Assembly (NCBI RefSeq): GCF_026210795.1
Contig: NC_089430.1
Coordinates: 5,394,001 to 5,458,000, forward strand
Source of the DNA: Rhizophagus irregularis
Lineage: Eukaryota
Direction of reading: 5' to 3'
DNA: 64,000 bases
Both the position numbers and the translations under genes were made by a program. Below the pieces are notes generated by a model. That model did not search any database and had not been told where the DNA came from. It saw only the letters and a list, made by a program, of their open reading frames with translations. Position 1 is the first letter of the stretch. The number at the start of each line of letters is the position of its first letter. Positions 26,142 to 39,439 of the stretch are shown piece after piece.

Positions 26142-26685
26142 TTATCGTGATCAATTTCATTTATTTTTGTGCGTGGTTATACATATATATAAGGAAATTT
26201 CAAATGAAATATTTTTATTTTAAAAATTTAGACAATGATTTCAAATGAAATATGCTTTATTATTTATTTATCTTAAACTATTAATAATATTACACAACGC
26301 AACTACCACTAAAAGATTTGTTGATCAATTTAAATATAAAAAAGGAAAAGTTCGAATGAGTACATAATTAGTAAATAATTAGTAAATCAGTACTAAATAT
26401 AGAGGATCGGCATCCTAAAAAGGAAATCACTCAGAGACAAATCAAATTTTTTTTTTTTAAAATTAGTAACGCGTTTATTAATTATGTATATAACACCTAG
26501 TAGACAAAAATATAAATAAATTATATTATCATTTAAATAAAAAACAAAAGACATAATTATAATTGTATATTAAAATTAATATGAGAATTTTTTCCCAAAT
26601 AATTATCTGATTATTTTTATTAAATAATCATAATTACAAATGTGAAAGACCTTTTTTTCGTACTAAAATGATCAACATACAATTT

Positions 26686-29600
26686 ATAGTATATAATGTT
26701 ACAAAATCATCAGTGTTACGAAAAAAAGGAGTTATATAATCACAAAAGGGGTCTAATACGTGAGGTAATGTCAGTGGATGGAAGGTTGCATGGGTTAACA
26801 CAAAATCATCTAATGCAGTACAGCAGAATGTTCTTCGCTAACGCTTCAGACAAATTATTATTTAATTTACAATGTTAAAAATTAATACAATTATCCCAAA
26901 TATTTTTTTGTCTAAGCCGAATATTTTTCATGAATTGATGTTATAATTGCATTAAAACGTCCCCAATGTTTTGCGTAAATAAATGTTATATTCTGTTACT
27001 TCTTTCATGTTCTAGTCATTTCTCGTCAAAAATTTAAGACCTAAGGGCGAATTCAAATAAAAATTTTACGTTTTGAATGAGTCGGAGGGTAATATTTTGG
27101 ATGATACTGTAGTTTTGAAATAATTTAAGAAATTAATTAATTAATTTCAGTTAATTTCTGGTATGACATCCATAATTTTTTGAGTAATGAAGATAATATA
27201 TTAAGGAAAGTTCAATAAATTCTTTCCTCAAAAAATTTAAATTATTAACTTTCATTTTCAAATACGTTATCGTTATGATTAGGAGATAGAAAATCAATAG
27301 TAATGAAATTTAGAAATTATACAATACTAACAGTGATATAATATCGTTGTAAACATTGTATACAGCAACAATTATATAACAAGCTTTAAAAATTTCCTCA
27401 TATTTTGAAATAATAAATAAATATCTTACGATTTTTTTCTGTTATTGATTAGTATGTACAACATTTTACAGTATAAAAAATATATCTAAAAGAATTTTTT
27501 TCATTCTAATAAATAGTATAATATTATTATTATAATGTAATTTTTCAAATCAATCAAAGTGATTGAAATCTTGAATCTTCCATAATTCTGGATACGGTCT
27601 GCTGTTTAATATTATTAATAAAAATATATTAACAAACAAGCTTTATATATACTGTATATAATAAAAGTGGCCAAAACGATTATAAAGCGAGTGACTTCCA
27701 GCAAAAGATAATTTGTGATTGTTGTAATTTGTTTACTAGGAAGGAAATGAATAACTTAATAAGAATCCAAGATTTATCATAAAGTTTAAACTATAAACCT
27801 GCATAGTATATTTGATAAAATGTATAGCAATTTTCGGCTTGAATTTTACATGATTCCGTTCGTAAGCGTGATACATAAATTTACAAGTGAAATGGTGTTT
27901 CTACATTAATTCTAAACTACCTATACTAACATTATCCATAATTCGGTTTCATTTTATCCCAATAATCGCTATTCTGAATAGAAAAAATTAGTCGTCAGAC
28001 GTTACAAGACATGAAGTGTCAGAAATAAATAAACAACGTTGATCTTAGTAAAACCCCATCAAAAATTTATGTGCTTGCATTCCGTAATACTAGTAAGGTA
28101 CTAACGTAGAAAATAGTACGACAACTTGGGGGCCGGAGTGCAGTTACTGCGCTTTATTAATTTATTTTGCAAGTAAAACAGATTAGTCAAATACGGTCAA
28201 TCGTACGACCACTCGACCACTCGTACGACCTAAAAATTAATTCACCTTTTTTTTAATAAATACCCTGAGAATCGGAGAATGAGAATAATGATTAATCAAT
28301 TTTTTTTCATGTACTGATAAATTATTTACTGTATTGCGTCAACCTCAGCTCTCTAGTTTGCTCAAAACTTCTTTCTCTAAAAGCAACTTCTTTCTCTAAA
28401 AACTAAAATATCTCTTTTTCTATAAACTAAAATATCATTTATCGTTATAGAAATATAATCGAAATGGTTGAATCATACAATTGTTTACGTCTAGATAATA
28501 GTTATGTTTTTCAGGTGGAAGTTTACAAAAATAAAAATGACAATGACGATAAGAAAATTTTCAAAATTGATGGTGATGAAATTCCATTTGAGAAATTAAG
28601 AGTTGGACAACTTGCGAACCTTATCTCAAATAATGAAGAGTTTGGAAAGCCTGACGTACTGAATCTTTGGCAACTAAGTTGACGTTGATGAAAGTAAGCT
28701 TAATCCTAATTCTACTGAAGACGATATTAAAAACCTTGGAGGTGTGTTTATTAAACGTCAAAGCAAGTTCATAAAATATTTTCAAAAAACATCAGAATCG
28801 TCGTTGTCATCGCAACTACTACTGGTAAGTGTCTCTCAATTTTTTTACTCCTCGAATAAGTTGAAACAATGATATATATTTTCGTCATCACATTTGTTAA
28901 TAATATTGAATATGTTTTCTCATTGTCCATTAGAGCTCGAGAAAAAAGGACCTTTCATGGAAATATAAGAAAGTAAGAAACATGTGATAGAAACTTGATA
29001 CCATACTTAGTTATGTTTCATTCCATCATTCCTACGAATTTTCTCTATAGCCAGTTAGCCACAGAATTAAAGAGAAGCAAATAGGATAGTTCAGCGTGCT
29101 TGTGTCTACTTTGTTGATCCATAGAGTTAAGTGAACCGCTTCTTAATAATATTCGGAAGGGTGATGGCACTACATGGTGTACAGGCCACTTGAAAACTAC
29201 ACGGGTGTTTAGAGTTATGGAACGATTGGAAGAAGAAGGCTATCTTCGCCTATAGTAAGTTCTTTTTCTCATTTAAGCGATCACAAGTACCAGGTTTGCA
29301 CATTGCATCTGTTGCTTATATTTCTTTTTTCCTTGAAACAGTATATCTCTTGAGACGATTGAAACAGATGGCAAGATATTATTCTGGACAATATTCAGTG
29401 ATTATCTCGTCAGGACTGCTCCCGAGTATATCAAAGATCAAATTAAGTTAGTAATGATTTCGCTAATTTGTTTTCAAGAAGGTGGGGAAAAACAGGTTAT
29501 TCTCTTTATAGACGAATATGATATAATGTATAGAGCAAATGATGAGACTATATCCTCATTCTTGAGAATTGTTCGTAATGTTAAAGCAAGAAAAGAAGAA

Positions 29601-29781
29601 TATGCTATCTGGTCTATCAACATAGTCGGCCCTTTCAGTATCTTACATCTGAGCTCAAAAGAAGTGACCACATCACCATTTAATGTCTATAGGTCATTTC
29701 AAACCCCAAACTTCACGCAGGAACAAGTCCAGTTCTTATTTAAGGAGTATGCGAATAATCATTAATCAAGAGGCCATCAAA
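26686..29781 (+). repeat. Right arm of an inverted segmental duplication (partner 4857-7839)
   Basis: Reverse complement of 4857-7839 with scattered substitutions and indels. Confidence 0.95.
28464..29781 (+). pseudogene. Crinkler-like + P-loop NTPase gene, second copy, 3'-truncated
   Basis: MVESYNCLRLDN...LNLWQ followed by a frameshift. The Walker A region is interrupted by a stop (ggccacttgaaaa). VILFIDEYD is retained. Homology stops at ~29781. Confidence 0.8.
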
Positions 29782-29974
29782 TCGGATTAAAAAAATTATT
29801 CTTATTCATCAAAAAGTTGGAATTAGTAGCGGTAACTAGCAGTTATATTTTATACTGTTTTGTTTATTTTAGTCTTTTTATGTATTTTGAAAATGTACTA
29901 AATAGATATAGTCGGGGTTTCTTTTTTTTATATCTTTTCTTTTAAAACAATCTTAATTAGTGATCTGAGACACA

Positions 29975-30175
29975 CTTTTGAATAAATTATACGGAATTTT
30001 TCCTTGTAGTTCTTTGTTTTTATTAATTTGTCTTTTCCTTTTTCTTAGGAACGAGTTAGATAATTTGAGCCAGGTTGATATATTTTACCTATACTGTAAT
30101 TTGACTCATTATAAATTGTTTACCGAATTTAATTCATTAACTCGGTATTCTCAGTATTTGGTAATTGATACATGA
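29975..30175 (+). repeat. Dispersed non-coding element, copy 3 of 4 (partial)
   Basis: Contains aaattatacggaatt, ttctttgtttttattaat, ttaggaacgagtta and tgactcattataaa, colinear with the reverse complement of 9420-9575. Confidence 0.7.
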
Positions 30176-30462
30176 AAAGTATGTTGAAAAGTCAAATAAT
30201 AATTATTTGATAAAATTTTTAATACTATTAACATAATATTTAAGCCGAAATTTTTATAATTAATAATCATTTATTTGGAAGATCGCTAACAAATTTTTAT
30301 ACATCTACCATTCAAGTTCTCCATACGTCCAGAATCGATTACACATGATTAACTGAACACATCTCATCAATCATAGAAATTAATTAGGGGATTTTAATAG
30401 AAGAATATAAAATAAGCGAAAAAGATACCTATTTTTATAAATTTAACATAAAGTGACGTGGA

Positions 30463-30905
30463 TTTTTTTTATTTTTATTTTTAACACTTAAAATATTGAC
30501 AAGTGCTTTTGCTTGAAAGCTTTAGATGCGTGATATTTAAAAACTCTCAATAGAATCTAATCTAACATTAATGCAAAGCCTACTATTTAGAAAATGTCAA
30601 TGGGCAAATTGTCTGCGTTTTTTACTTAAAGCATATAGGCTTACTAAAAAAACCCTAAAAGAGAAGAGGAGTGTGAAACTATCTAAACTAAAAATCTTCA
30701 TAACTAAAATCTCTTAACTAGATTAGCAATTTAGGAAAATAACAAAAATAAAGACCTAGAAGTAAGAAAAGGGAAGGGACATAAATAGTGAACGGATACA
30801 TCATTCTGAAGCCACTCTTCCAGCTATACCAGCTATTAGTACTATTTCAAGAGCATCAGGATTTCATCAAGAACTTTCTGGTTAGCGCTCTTGCCGGTCG
30901 GAACG
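30463..30905 (-). mobile_element. Possible retroposed 3' fragment
   Basis: T-rich run at 30463-30482. The minus strand reads as an ORF end (VPTGKSANQKVLDEILMLLK*) followed by UTR-like sequence. It abuts the point where homology to 1680-1975 begins. No TSD. Confidence 0.35.
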
Positions 30906-31196
30906 ATGATCGGGAAAATATATCACATGATTGATTATGCATGATGTTCATTTCATGTATTGTCACATGTACTTTACGCCAAATTCCTAGTTTAGTTACC
31001 TTTTACGGCCTCAATAAAGAAGTGCGTGTTACTACCTATGAAAAAAAAGGAATGATTTTACTAAATTTCATTTATAATTTTTTTTGTACCTTTTAATTTT
31101 TTTCATATATTAAATATTACTGGCCTCGAAACAAAATCAATTTTCGATTCTGCACTAGCATCTTATTCCGCCTTTATTATTTATGCATATTAGTCA

Positions 31197-34100
31197 ATGG
31201 ACAAAACATTGTCAATAGACGAAGTGAATGAAGAATTAAATGATAATAAGTGTGAAAGATGTTGTTATGAATGTAACGTAAAATTTTTTCAACGAAATTT
31301 CGAAAATTGGACCAGTGGTAATAGTAATATCGATAAATTAATTCAAGATACTCAGTTATTAGCTCATAAGGATAGTGAAATACCAAGTGCACTTGAATGG
31401 ATATCTTATGATAGACTTGATGATATTAAATATATTGAAAAATTTGGAATATATAGAGCAAATCGGATTGATGGACGTATACAGTATTGGGATAAATATA
31501 TAAAAGATTGGAAAAGATGTGATCATAATATGATTGTAAAGTTGAAAATTTTAAATAACTTAAACAATATTACATTTGAATTTATAAACGAGGTATTTTA
31601 TTGATTCATTACTATACACAGTTTTGAAATTTATTATTTTTACTAATAATATTTTATGCATATTTGTAGATTAAAAAAGACCATGAGTTTTATGGGATAA
31701 CTCAAGATCCAGAAACAAATAATTATATGATTGTTTTTAATGATATATGTAAAAAGTGTAATAAAATATGTAATGCAATATGCTTTCAGCATCATTTTAT
31801 AGATTGGACCAGTGGTAATAAGGATATTGATAAACTAATTCAAGATACTCAGTTATTAGCTCATAAAGATAGTGAAATATCAAGTGCACTTGAATGGATA
31901 CCTAATGGTAGACTTAATAATATTAAATATATTGAAGAAAACAAATTTGGTAAAGTTTATAGAGCAAATTGGATTTATGGGAGTATATATAAATGGAGTA
32001 AGTATAGGAGTAAATATAAACAAAATTGGAAAAGATATAACAAAAATATGATTGTAAAGCTGAACAGTTTAGATAACCTAAAAAATGTTACATTTGAATT
32101 TATAAACGAGGTATTTTATTGTTTCATTACTATACACGGATTTTGGAATTTATTATTTTTACTAATAATATTTTATACATATTTGTAGATTAAAAAAGAC
32201 CATAAACTTTATGGAATAACTCAAGATCCAGAAACAAATAACTATATAATTGTTTTCAATGATATATGTAAAAAGTGTAATAAAATATGTAATGCCATTT
32301 GCTTTCAACAAAAATTTATAGATTGGACTAGTAGTAATGATGACATTGATAAACTTATTCAAGATACACAACTACTGTCTCATAGTGATGTAAAAAAAGC
32401 ACTAGAATGGATACCTTATGATAGACTTGATGATATTAAATATGTTGAAGAAACCAAGTTTGTTAAAGTGTATAGAGCAAATTGGATTGATGGGTATATA
32501 TATGAATTGAGTAAATATGAACAAGATTGGGTAAGATATTCAAATATGATTGTAAATCTGAAAAGTTTAAATAACTTAAAAAATGTTACATTTGAATTTA
32601 TAAATGAGGTATTTTATTGATTATTACTATACACAGATTTTTGAATTTGTTATTTTCACTAATAATATTTTATGGATATTTGTAGATTAAAAAAAACCAT
32701 GAGTTTTATGGAATAACTCAAGATCCAGAAACAAATGATTATATGATTGTTTTTAATGATATATGTAAAAAGTGTAATAAAATATGTAATGCCATTTGCT
32801 TTCAACAAAAATTTATAGATTGGACTAGTGGCAATGATGATATTGATAAACTTATTCAAAATACACAACTATTGTCTCATAATGATGCAAAAGAAGCACT
32901 AGAATGGATACCTTATGATAGACTTGATGATATTAAATATATTGAAGAAAACAAGTTTGGTAAAGTGTATAGAGCAAATTGGATTGACGGGTATATATGT
33001 GAATTGAGTAAATATAAACAAGATTGGGTAAGATATTCAAATATGATTGTAAATCTGAAAAGTTTAAATAACTTAAACAATATTACATTTGAATTTATAA
33101 ACGAGGTATTTTATTGATTCATTACTATACACAGATTTTGAAATTTATTATTTTTACTAATAATATTTTATGCATATTTTGTAGATTAAAAAAGACCATA
33201 AACTTTATGGAATAACTCAAGATCCAGAAACAAATAACTATACAATTGTTTTCAATGATATATGTAAAAAGTGTAATAAAATATGTAATGCCATTTTCTT
33301 TCAACAAAAATTTATAGATTGGACTAGTAGTAATGATGATATTGATAAACTTATTCAAGATACACAACTATCATCTCATGAAGATGTAAGAAAAGCATTA
33401 GAATGGATACCTTATGATAGACTTGATGATATTAAATATATTAAAGAAAATAAGTTTGGTAAAGTATATAGAGCAAATTGGATTGGTGGGTATATATTGA
33501 GTAAATATAAACAAGATTGGATAAGATATAACAAAAATATGGTTGTAAAGCTGAATAGTTTAGATAACCTAAAAAATATTACACTTGAATTTATAAACGA
33601 GGTATTTTATTGATTCATTACTATACACAGATTTTGAAATTTGTATTTTTACTAATAATATTTTATGCATATTTGTAGATTAAAAAAGATCATGAGTTTT
33701 ATGGAATAACTCAGGATCCAGAAACAAATAACTATACAATTGTTTTCAATGATATATGTAAAAAATGTAATAAAATATGTAATGCCATTCACTTTGAACA
33801 GAAATTTATAGATTGGTCTAGTGGTAATAATGATATTGATAAACTTATTCAAGATATACAACTATCATCTCATGAAGATGTAAATGAAGTACTAGAATGG
33901 ATACCTTATGATAGACTTGATGATATTAAATATATCAAAGAAAACAAGTTTGGTAAAGTGTATAGAGCAAATTGGAATGATGGGTATATATATAGATGGG
34001 CAGAACAAGACTGGATAAGATATCAAAATATGATTGTACAGCTGAAAAGTTTAAATAACTTAAAAAATGTTACATTTGAATTTATAAATGAGGTATTTAT

Positions 34101-35951
34101 TTTATTGATTCATTACTATACACAGATTTTGAAATTTATTATTTTTGCCAATAAAATATTAATATGTATTTGTAGATTAAATTTAACAATACATTATATG
34201 GGATAACTCAAAATCCAAAAACAAATAACTATATGATTGTTATAGATGATATATGTGAAAAATGCAACTATGCTTGTAATTCAATATACTTTCAACGAAA
34301 TTTCAAAAATTGGACCAGTGGTAATAATTATATTGATAAACTCATTCAAGATACACAATTATCAGTTCATTATGATGCAAATGAAGCACTAGAATGGGTA
34401 CCTTATGATAATTTGTATAATATTAAATATATTAAAGAAAACAAGTCTGGTAAAGTATATAGAGCAAATTGGATTGATGGAAAAATATGTAGTTGGAATG
34501 ATACAAATGAAAAATTGAAAAAAAAGAATCTTAATATGTTTGTAATTTTGAAAAGTTTAAATAATCCAATTAATTTTACATTAGAATTTGCAAATAAGGT
34601 ATACTGATAAGCTATTACTTAACAAAATTATAAAAATATTTAATTTTTCTAACATATTATTACATTATAGATTAAAATAAATCACGAATTTTATGGAATA
34701 ACTCAGGATATAGAAACAAAAAGTTATATGATTGTTTTGAATGATATATGTGAAAAATGCAATTATAAGTGTAATTCAATATACTTTCAGCAAAAATTCA
34801 TAGATTGGACTAGTGGTAATAAGGATATTGATAAGTTTATTCAAGATACTCAATTGTTAGCTCATAAAAATGACGAAATATCACATGCATTAAAATGGAT
34901 ACCTTATAGTAAATTTTGTAATATTGAATATATTGCAAGAGGTGGATTTGGTAAAGTATATAAAGCAAATTGGATTGATGGAAATATAAGTTATTGGGAT
35001 AATAAAAATCAATTTTGGAAAAGGTATAATGAAAATATGTATGTAGCTTTGAAAAGTTTAAATAATTCAAAAAAAATCACATTAGAATTTATGAATGAGG
35101 TATGAATAATTTTCTATTCAAAAATTTTCAATTTATACTTTAATATCAGCTTTTTTTACCCTTTTATATAGATGATGTTGCATCATAAAGTAGATGATGA
35201 TTTTAGAATTACAAAATTTTATGGAATAACTCAGGATCCAGAAACAGAAAATTATGTAATGGTTTTAAAATATGCAAATGATGGAAGTTTACGAAAATAT
35301 TTGGACATAAAATATTATGAATTAAATTGGAAAAGTATATTTAGACATTTAGATGATATTATATCTGGGCTTAATTTTATTCATAAAAAGGAATTAATTC
35401 ATAGAGATTTGCATATTGGCAATATATTGAAACATGAAAATAATGTTTCTATAACTGATATGGGATTGTGTAAACCTGCAAATTGTGATTTATCAAAAAA
35501 TAATATATATGGTATTTTACCTTATATAGCTCCTGAAATTTTAAGAGGACAAAATTATACAAAAGCTGCAGATATTTACAGTTTTGGTATAAATATGTAT
35601 GAATTAATTTCTAGTTTACCTCCATATTATGATTTAAGCCATGATAATAATTTAGCAATAAAAATTTGTCAAGGACTTAGACCAAGATTTAATATTAAAG
35701 TGCCCCAGTTAATTGTTCAGTTAATTAAAAGGTGTTTGGATGCAAATCAACTAAATAGGCCCACAGCAGTAGAAGTTATTAATATTTTACGCAAATGGCA
35801 ATATAAAGAAAGTGATAATGAAACAGTTGAATTACAGAAACAAATCAAAGAAACAGAAAAAATCAATAACAATTCACGAGTTCATATTAAGCCTTCAACT
35901 AACTTGGGAATATCATATAAACCACATTCGGGGGCTATTTATACAATTTGA
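31197..35951 (+). CDS. TKL-type protein kinase with seven extra tandem Cys-motif/kinase-N-lobe modules (~1379 aa, 9 exons)
   Basis: Exons 31197-31592, 31670-32110, 32189-32608, 32686-33105, 33185-33601, 33679-34092, 34176-34598, 34671-35099, 35172-35951. All lengths are multiples of 3 and the frames are open. Final domain: ARGGFGKVY, VALK, HRDLHIGN, TDMGL, YIAPE, DIYSFG, RP. Confidence 0.92.
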
Positions 35952-36840
35952 TTGCTTAGTTTCAATAATCTTCCTGAACCAAAAAATTCTGATGATTATT
36001 ATGAGCAAAACGATAATATAATAAGCAAGAAATTTTCAGGTATTAATTAAATACTTATTAATCGCTGCTTTTTAAATCAATATAATATTAATAATAAACT
36101 TTAATTTATTAAATAGAATCTTTACAAATCAATATTTCTCAATTAAATATTAATGAGAACGGTAAATAATTTACTTATGTTATGACTTTAAAAATATCTA
36201 GTTTATGAATACTAACAATAAGTCTTAATTTATTAAATAGAATCTTAAAAAATCAATATTTCTTAATTGAACGTTGACGAAGATAGTAAATATTAATTCC
36301 TACATAATAACTTTATGTTTTTTCATTCGTAATTAATATAATATTTTTTTTTCTTAAGTCAAAACAGCCGAATCAGAGAGTAAAAGAAAAGATTGATTCT
36401 TGCTGTAAGTAAAAATAATGAATCTAAGAGTAAAAGAAAAAAAATTGGAATAGAATAAAATTACAATTATATTCCCTTTTTAGCTTTTTTCTGCTATACC
36501 GAGTTTAATTATTAATTTATTCTTTTTTATTCAAAAAATTTTGTCATTATAAGTTAAAATTCTGCTTAACGTTTATTATTTTTTTGCTTATTTATAATTA
36601 TTCAATTTTTTTTTTAACTAGTACATAACGTAAAAGTGGATATGAATTATTTTAGGTAGAATTTTAAGACGTAATGACTTCATATTTAACTATGTATATG
36701 TTTATATTCATTGATAAAATAAATAATGATTTAAATTTTCCTACATAGAATAAAATTAATTGTAGAGTGTATATAATTTAGATCTTAACGCAAAAAGGAT
36801 TTATTATCGTAAATTTAAAATTAACTTGCTGATATTTTAC

Positions 36841-37542
36841 TAGGGATAGGAATCGATTCTAATTTTGAGAATCGATTATAGAATCAACTAATCGCGATTA
36901 GTCAAATCTCAAGATTCGATTTAAAAATTCGATTTTCGGTTTCGATTAATCGATTCTAATCGATATTATGTACATAAAAATCATGAATCGAATTTTTTTT
37001 ATTCTTTTAATATTATTGTCACTGTTTAATTCTGGCTAGTAAAATTAACCTTGAAAATGGTCAATTTAGCCTTGAAGTATAGTCCAAATCGACCACTTTC
37101 TAAGCCAAATTGACCACTTTTAACCAATAGAAATAATTTTGCTTAAACAAAGGCCTTTATGCAGTAACGTTACACAATTTAGACATCATAGCTGATATTA
37201 TTTACTTATACCAATCAATAGGGAATACACGCGTTTATAAGTTTTGTACCATCTTGTAAAAAAAAAAAGTTGAGAACTTTTTTCTAGGTTACATGAAGTT
37301 AATTCCGGCCGAGCCTTAATGCCGGCCGGAATTAAATTTTATTTAATCGTTAAACACTTAAATTTTTTATATTATTTTAGGCCAAACATCAATTGAAACA
37401 AATGACTAGGATTATAAAAAAGTCGTAAGAATGAAAAAATTGTTTAGCCGTCAGATTAGAATTTTTCATGCAATTATCGATTAATCGATTTAGAATCAAT
37501 TTTTGATTAATTCGACTATCGCAGTATCGATCCCAATCCTTA
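36841..37542. mobile_element. hAT-type MITE
   Basis: Imperfect TIR tagggataggaatcgat / atcgatcccaatcctta. 8-bp TSD tattttac at 36833-36840 and 37543-37550. Many AATCGA/TCGATT subterminal motifs. Confidence 0.88.
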
Positions 37543-38670
37543 TATTTTACGTAATATTCTATTAACATTTATAAGGAATTACGTTAATTCTGGTACTGTA
37601 CAATCCAGTTTTGAAGCTTGACTAAGGAATTATGTAATTCTGCCCACCAGCTAATATTCCCCGATTAAATGTAGTTATTCTCTTATATTTTTATTATATA
37701 TTTTTTCGTTCATATATTTTATTTCATATACTTTATCCATATATATTTTTTTCCCCCATATATTATGTTAAAAACGGTAAGTCGGATAAGGATAAAAAAA
37801 TCAATTAATTTTAGCGCTGTTTTTTATGACATTTCTACCGTCAAAATCTTAATATATTTTTCAATTTTTTTTTAATAAAAAACACCCTTCCTAATTTATA
37901 TTTAAGTTCCGGTATAGAAAAAATTTTATGGAAATCGCCACAAAAAACATTTTCACGTGATAAATACGGAGAATTATTGGTGATTACGTAACAATTTGAT
38001 AATAAATCATGGGTTTCTGCAAAGTTACATGTTAAATGATCTTTTCTTGTTAAGAAACTCTTTTGATATACGGTAATTGTTTTATGTTTCCGATACTTCC
38101 GATAATACAACATTTATCATAGAAGGCATGATATGAAATCTGGCGACTAATAGTTTTTTTTGCTTTATCAACTACATACTATATCATTTTTGCGGGAATT
38201 TTAATTTTATTTCATTATTATTACTATTTTTGGGGTATTTACTATTTAATTCAAAGAAAATAAAAAAAAATATACTTTTTTTATTTCTTAAATAATTGTT
38301 TACTTATAGTGAGAGTTAAATAAAAAGTCTAAACCTATTTCACTAATATTTCTACTGCGGTTCATATTTAAAAAAATGAGTGATCTAAAACGACTTAACA
38401 TAACTAGGAACGAAGGGATACTTTTGTTGAATTCCATTCTTTAGATTTGGTTCTTCAAAGTGGTAGGTAATTTAAAACTTTTGCCCATTCATTAATTTCG
38501 CGGATTTAGTTGGACTTTTTTACCCAAATAATTTTATCATTATTTCTTTTTTATTAGCCTATTGTTATTAAATTTTCTTCTTGGGATTTATTTAGGCGTT
38601 TTAAGGTAGTAGGTATGTTTTTATTTTATTCATTTCATCAATCCTTGTTTATAATTTTTCTTTCCTTTTT

Positions 38671-38922
38671 TTATAATTTTAATTGATTGGACTTTTTCCT
38701 CCAAAACATTCTCTGGAAAGGCGTGAATTGATATTTCAGATCCAGCAAGCGTTTTTTTTTTGTAAAATCTCTCTTACATTGACATGCCATTGCTCGATTA
38801 GCATTGCCATCAATACCGCGTTTTTCCTGAATTGCTATTATATCCTTCTCCAAATAAAATAGCCACTCATACAAATTAGTAAGTGTTTCTTTCGTAGGAG
38901 ATTTATTAGTATTGCCATTCAT
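38671..38922 (-). CDS. Hypothetical 83-aa ORF, possibly the start of a degraded longer gene
   Basis: ATG start and protein-like composition. Coding-like sequence continues in broken frames toward ~38400. No family recognised. Confidence 0.3.
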   Translation of the reverse strand: MNGNTNKSPTKETLTNLYEWLFYLEKDIIAIQEKRGIDGNANRAMACQCKRDFTKKKRLLDLKYQFTPFQRMFWRKKSNQLKL

Positions 38923-39439
38923 TATGATTGCTATAATAAAATAATAGAGTTAATGCAGAAAATTTCGAGTCCGGAACAATAATCATCAGTTCGGAGCAAT
39001 AATCCGGAGCCACAAATTGTGCGATAAAAGTAAATGTATTACACAGTTAGTCTGCAGGACATATTAATTTTCAAAAAAAGTACCTTTAGTCTATTTTTTT
39101 CCCGAACAAATGTGAGAAAAGTATGAAGGGAGGTCTAGTTGCGATATAGAGCCTACCTTATAAATAAATAGTGCCGAGATGAAGGGTTAAGAACTTTGCA
39201 ATTTTGAGATAAGACCAACTTTGTGTCTTGCAAGAAAGACCTCCATGTGAAAAGGTATAAAAGTTATGTATGCACGGGAGTGAAGTTTCCTCACTATGAG
39301 TCCTTGTATTTAGGAAAACAAGTTGTCTTCCAGCAGTGCAGATAATAATAATAATATAATTAACTTCCGCTACCATAATGCAGAAAATAAAAATATAATT
39401 TTCGCGATTGAGTTTTCTAAGGATAAACATGCCTCTGAT

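Noticed and set aside
32162..33861. Repeated minus-strand ORFs (MCILNKFIN...)
   Set aside because: Antisense shadows of the kinase repeat exons; they recur because the sense repeat recurs.
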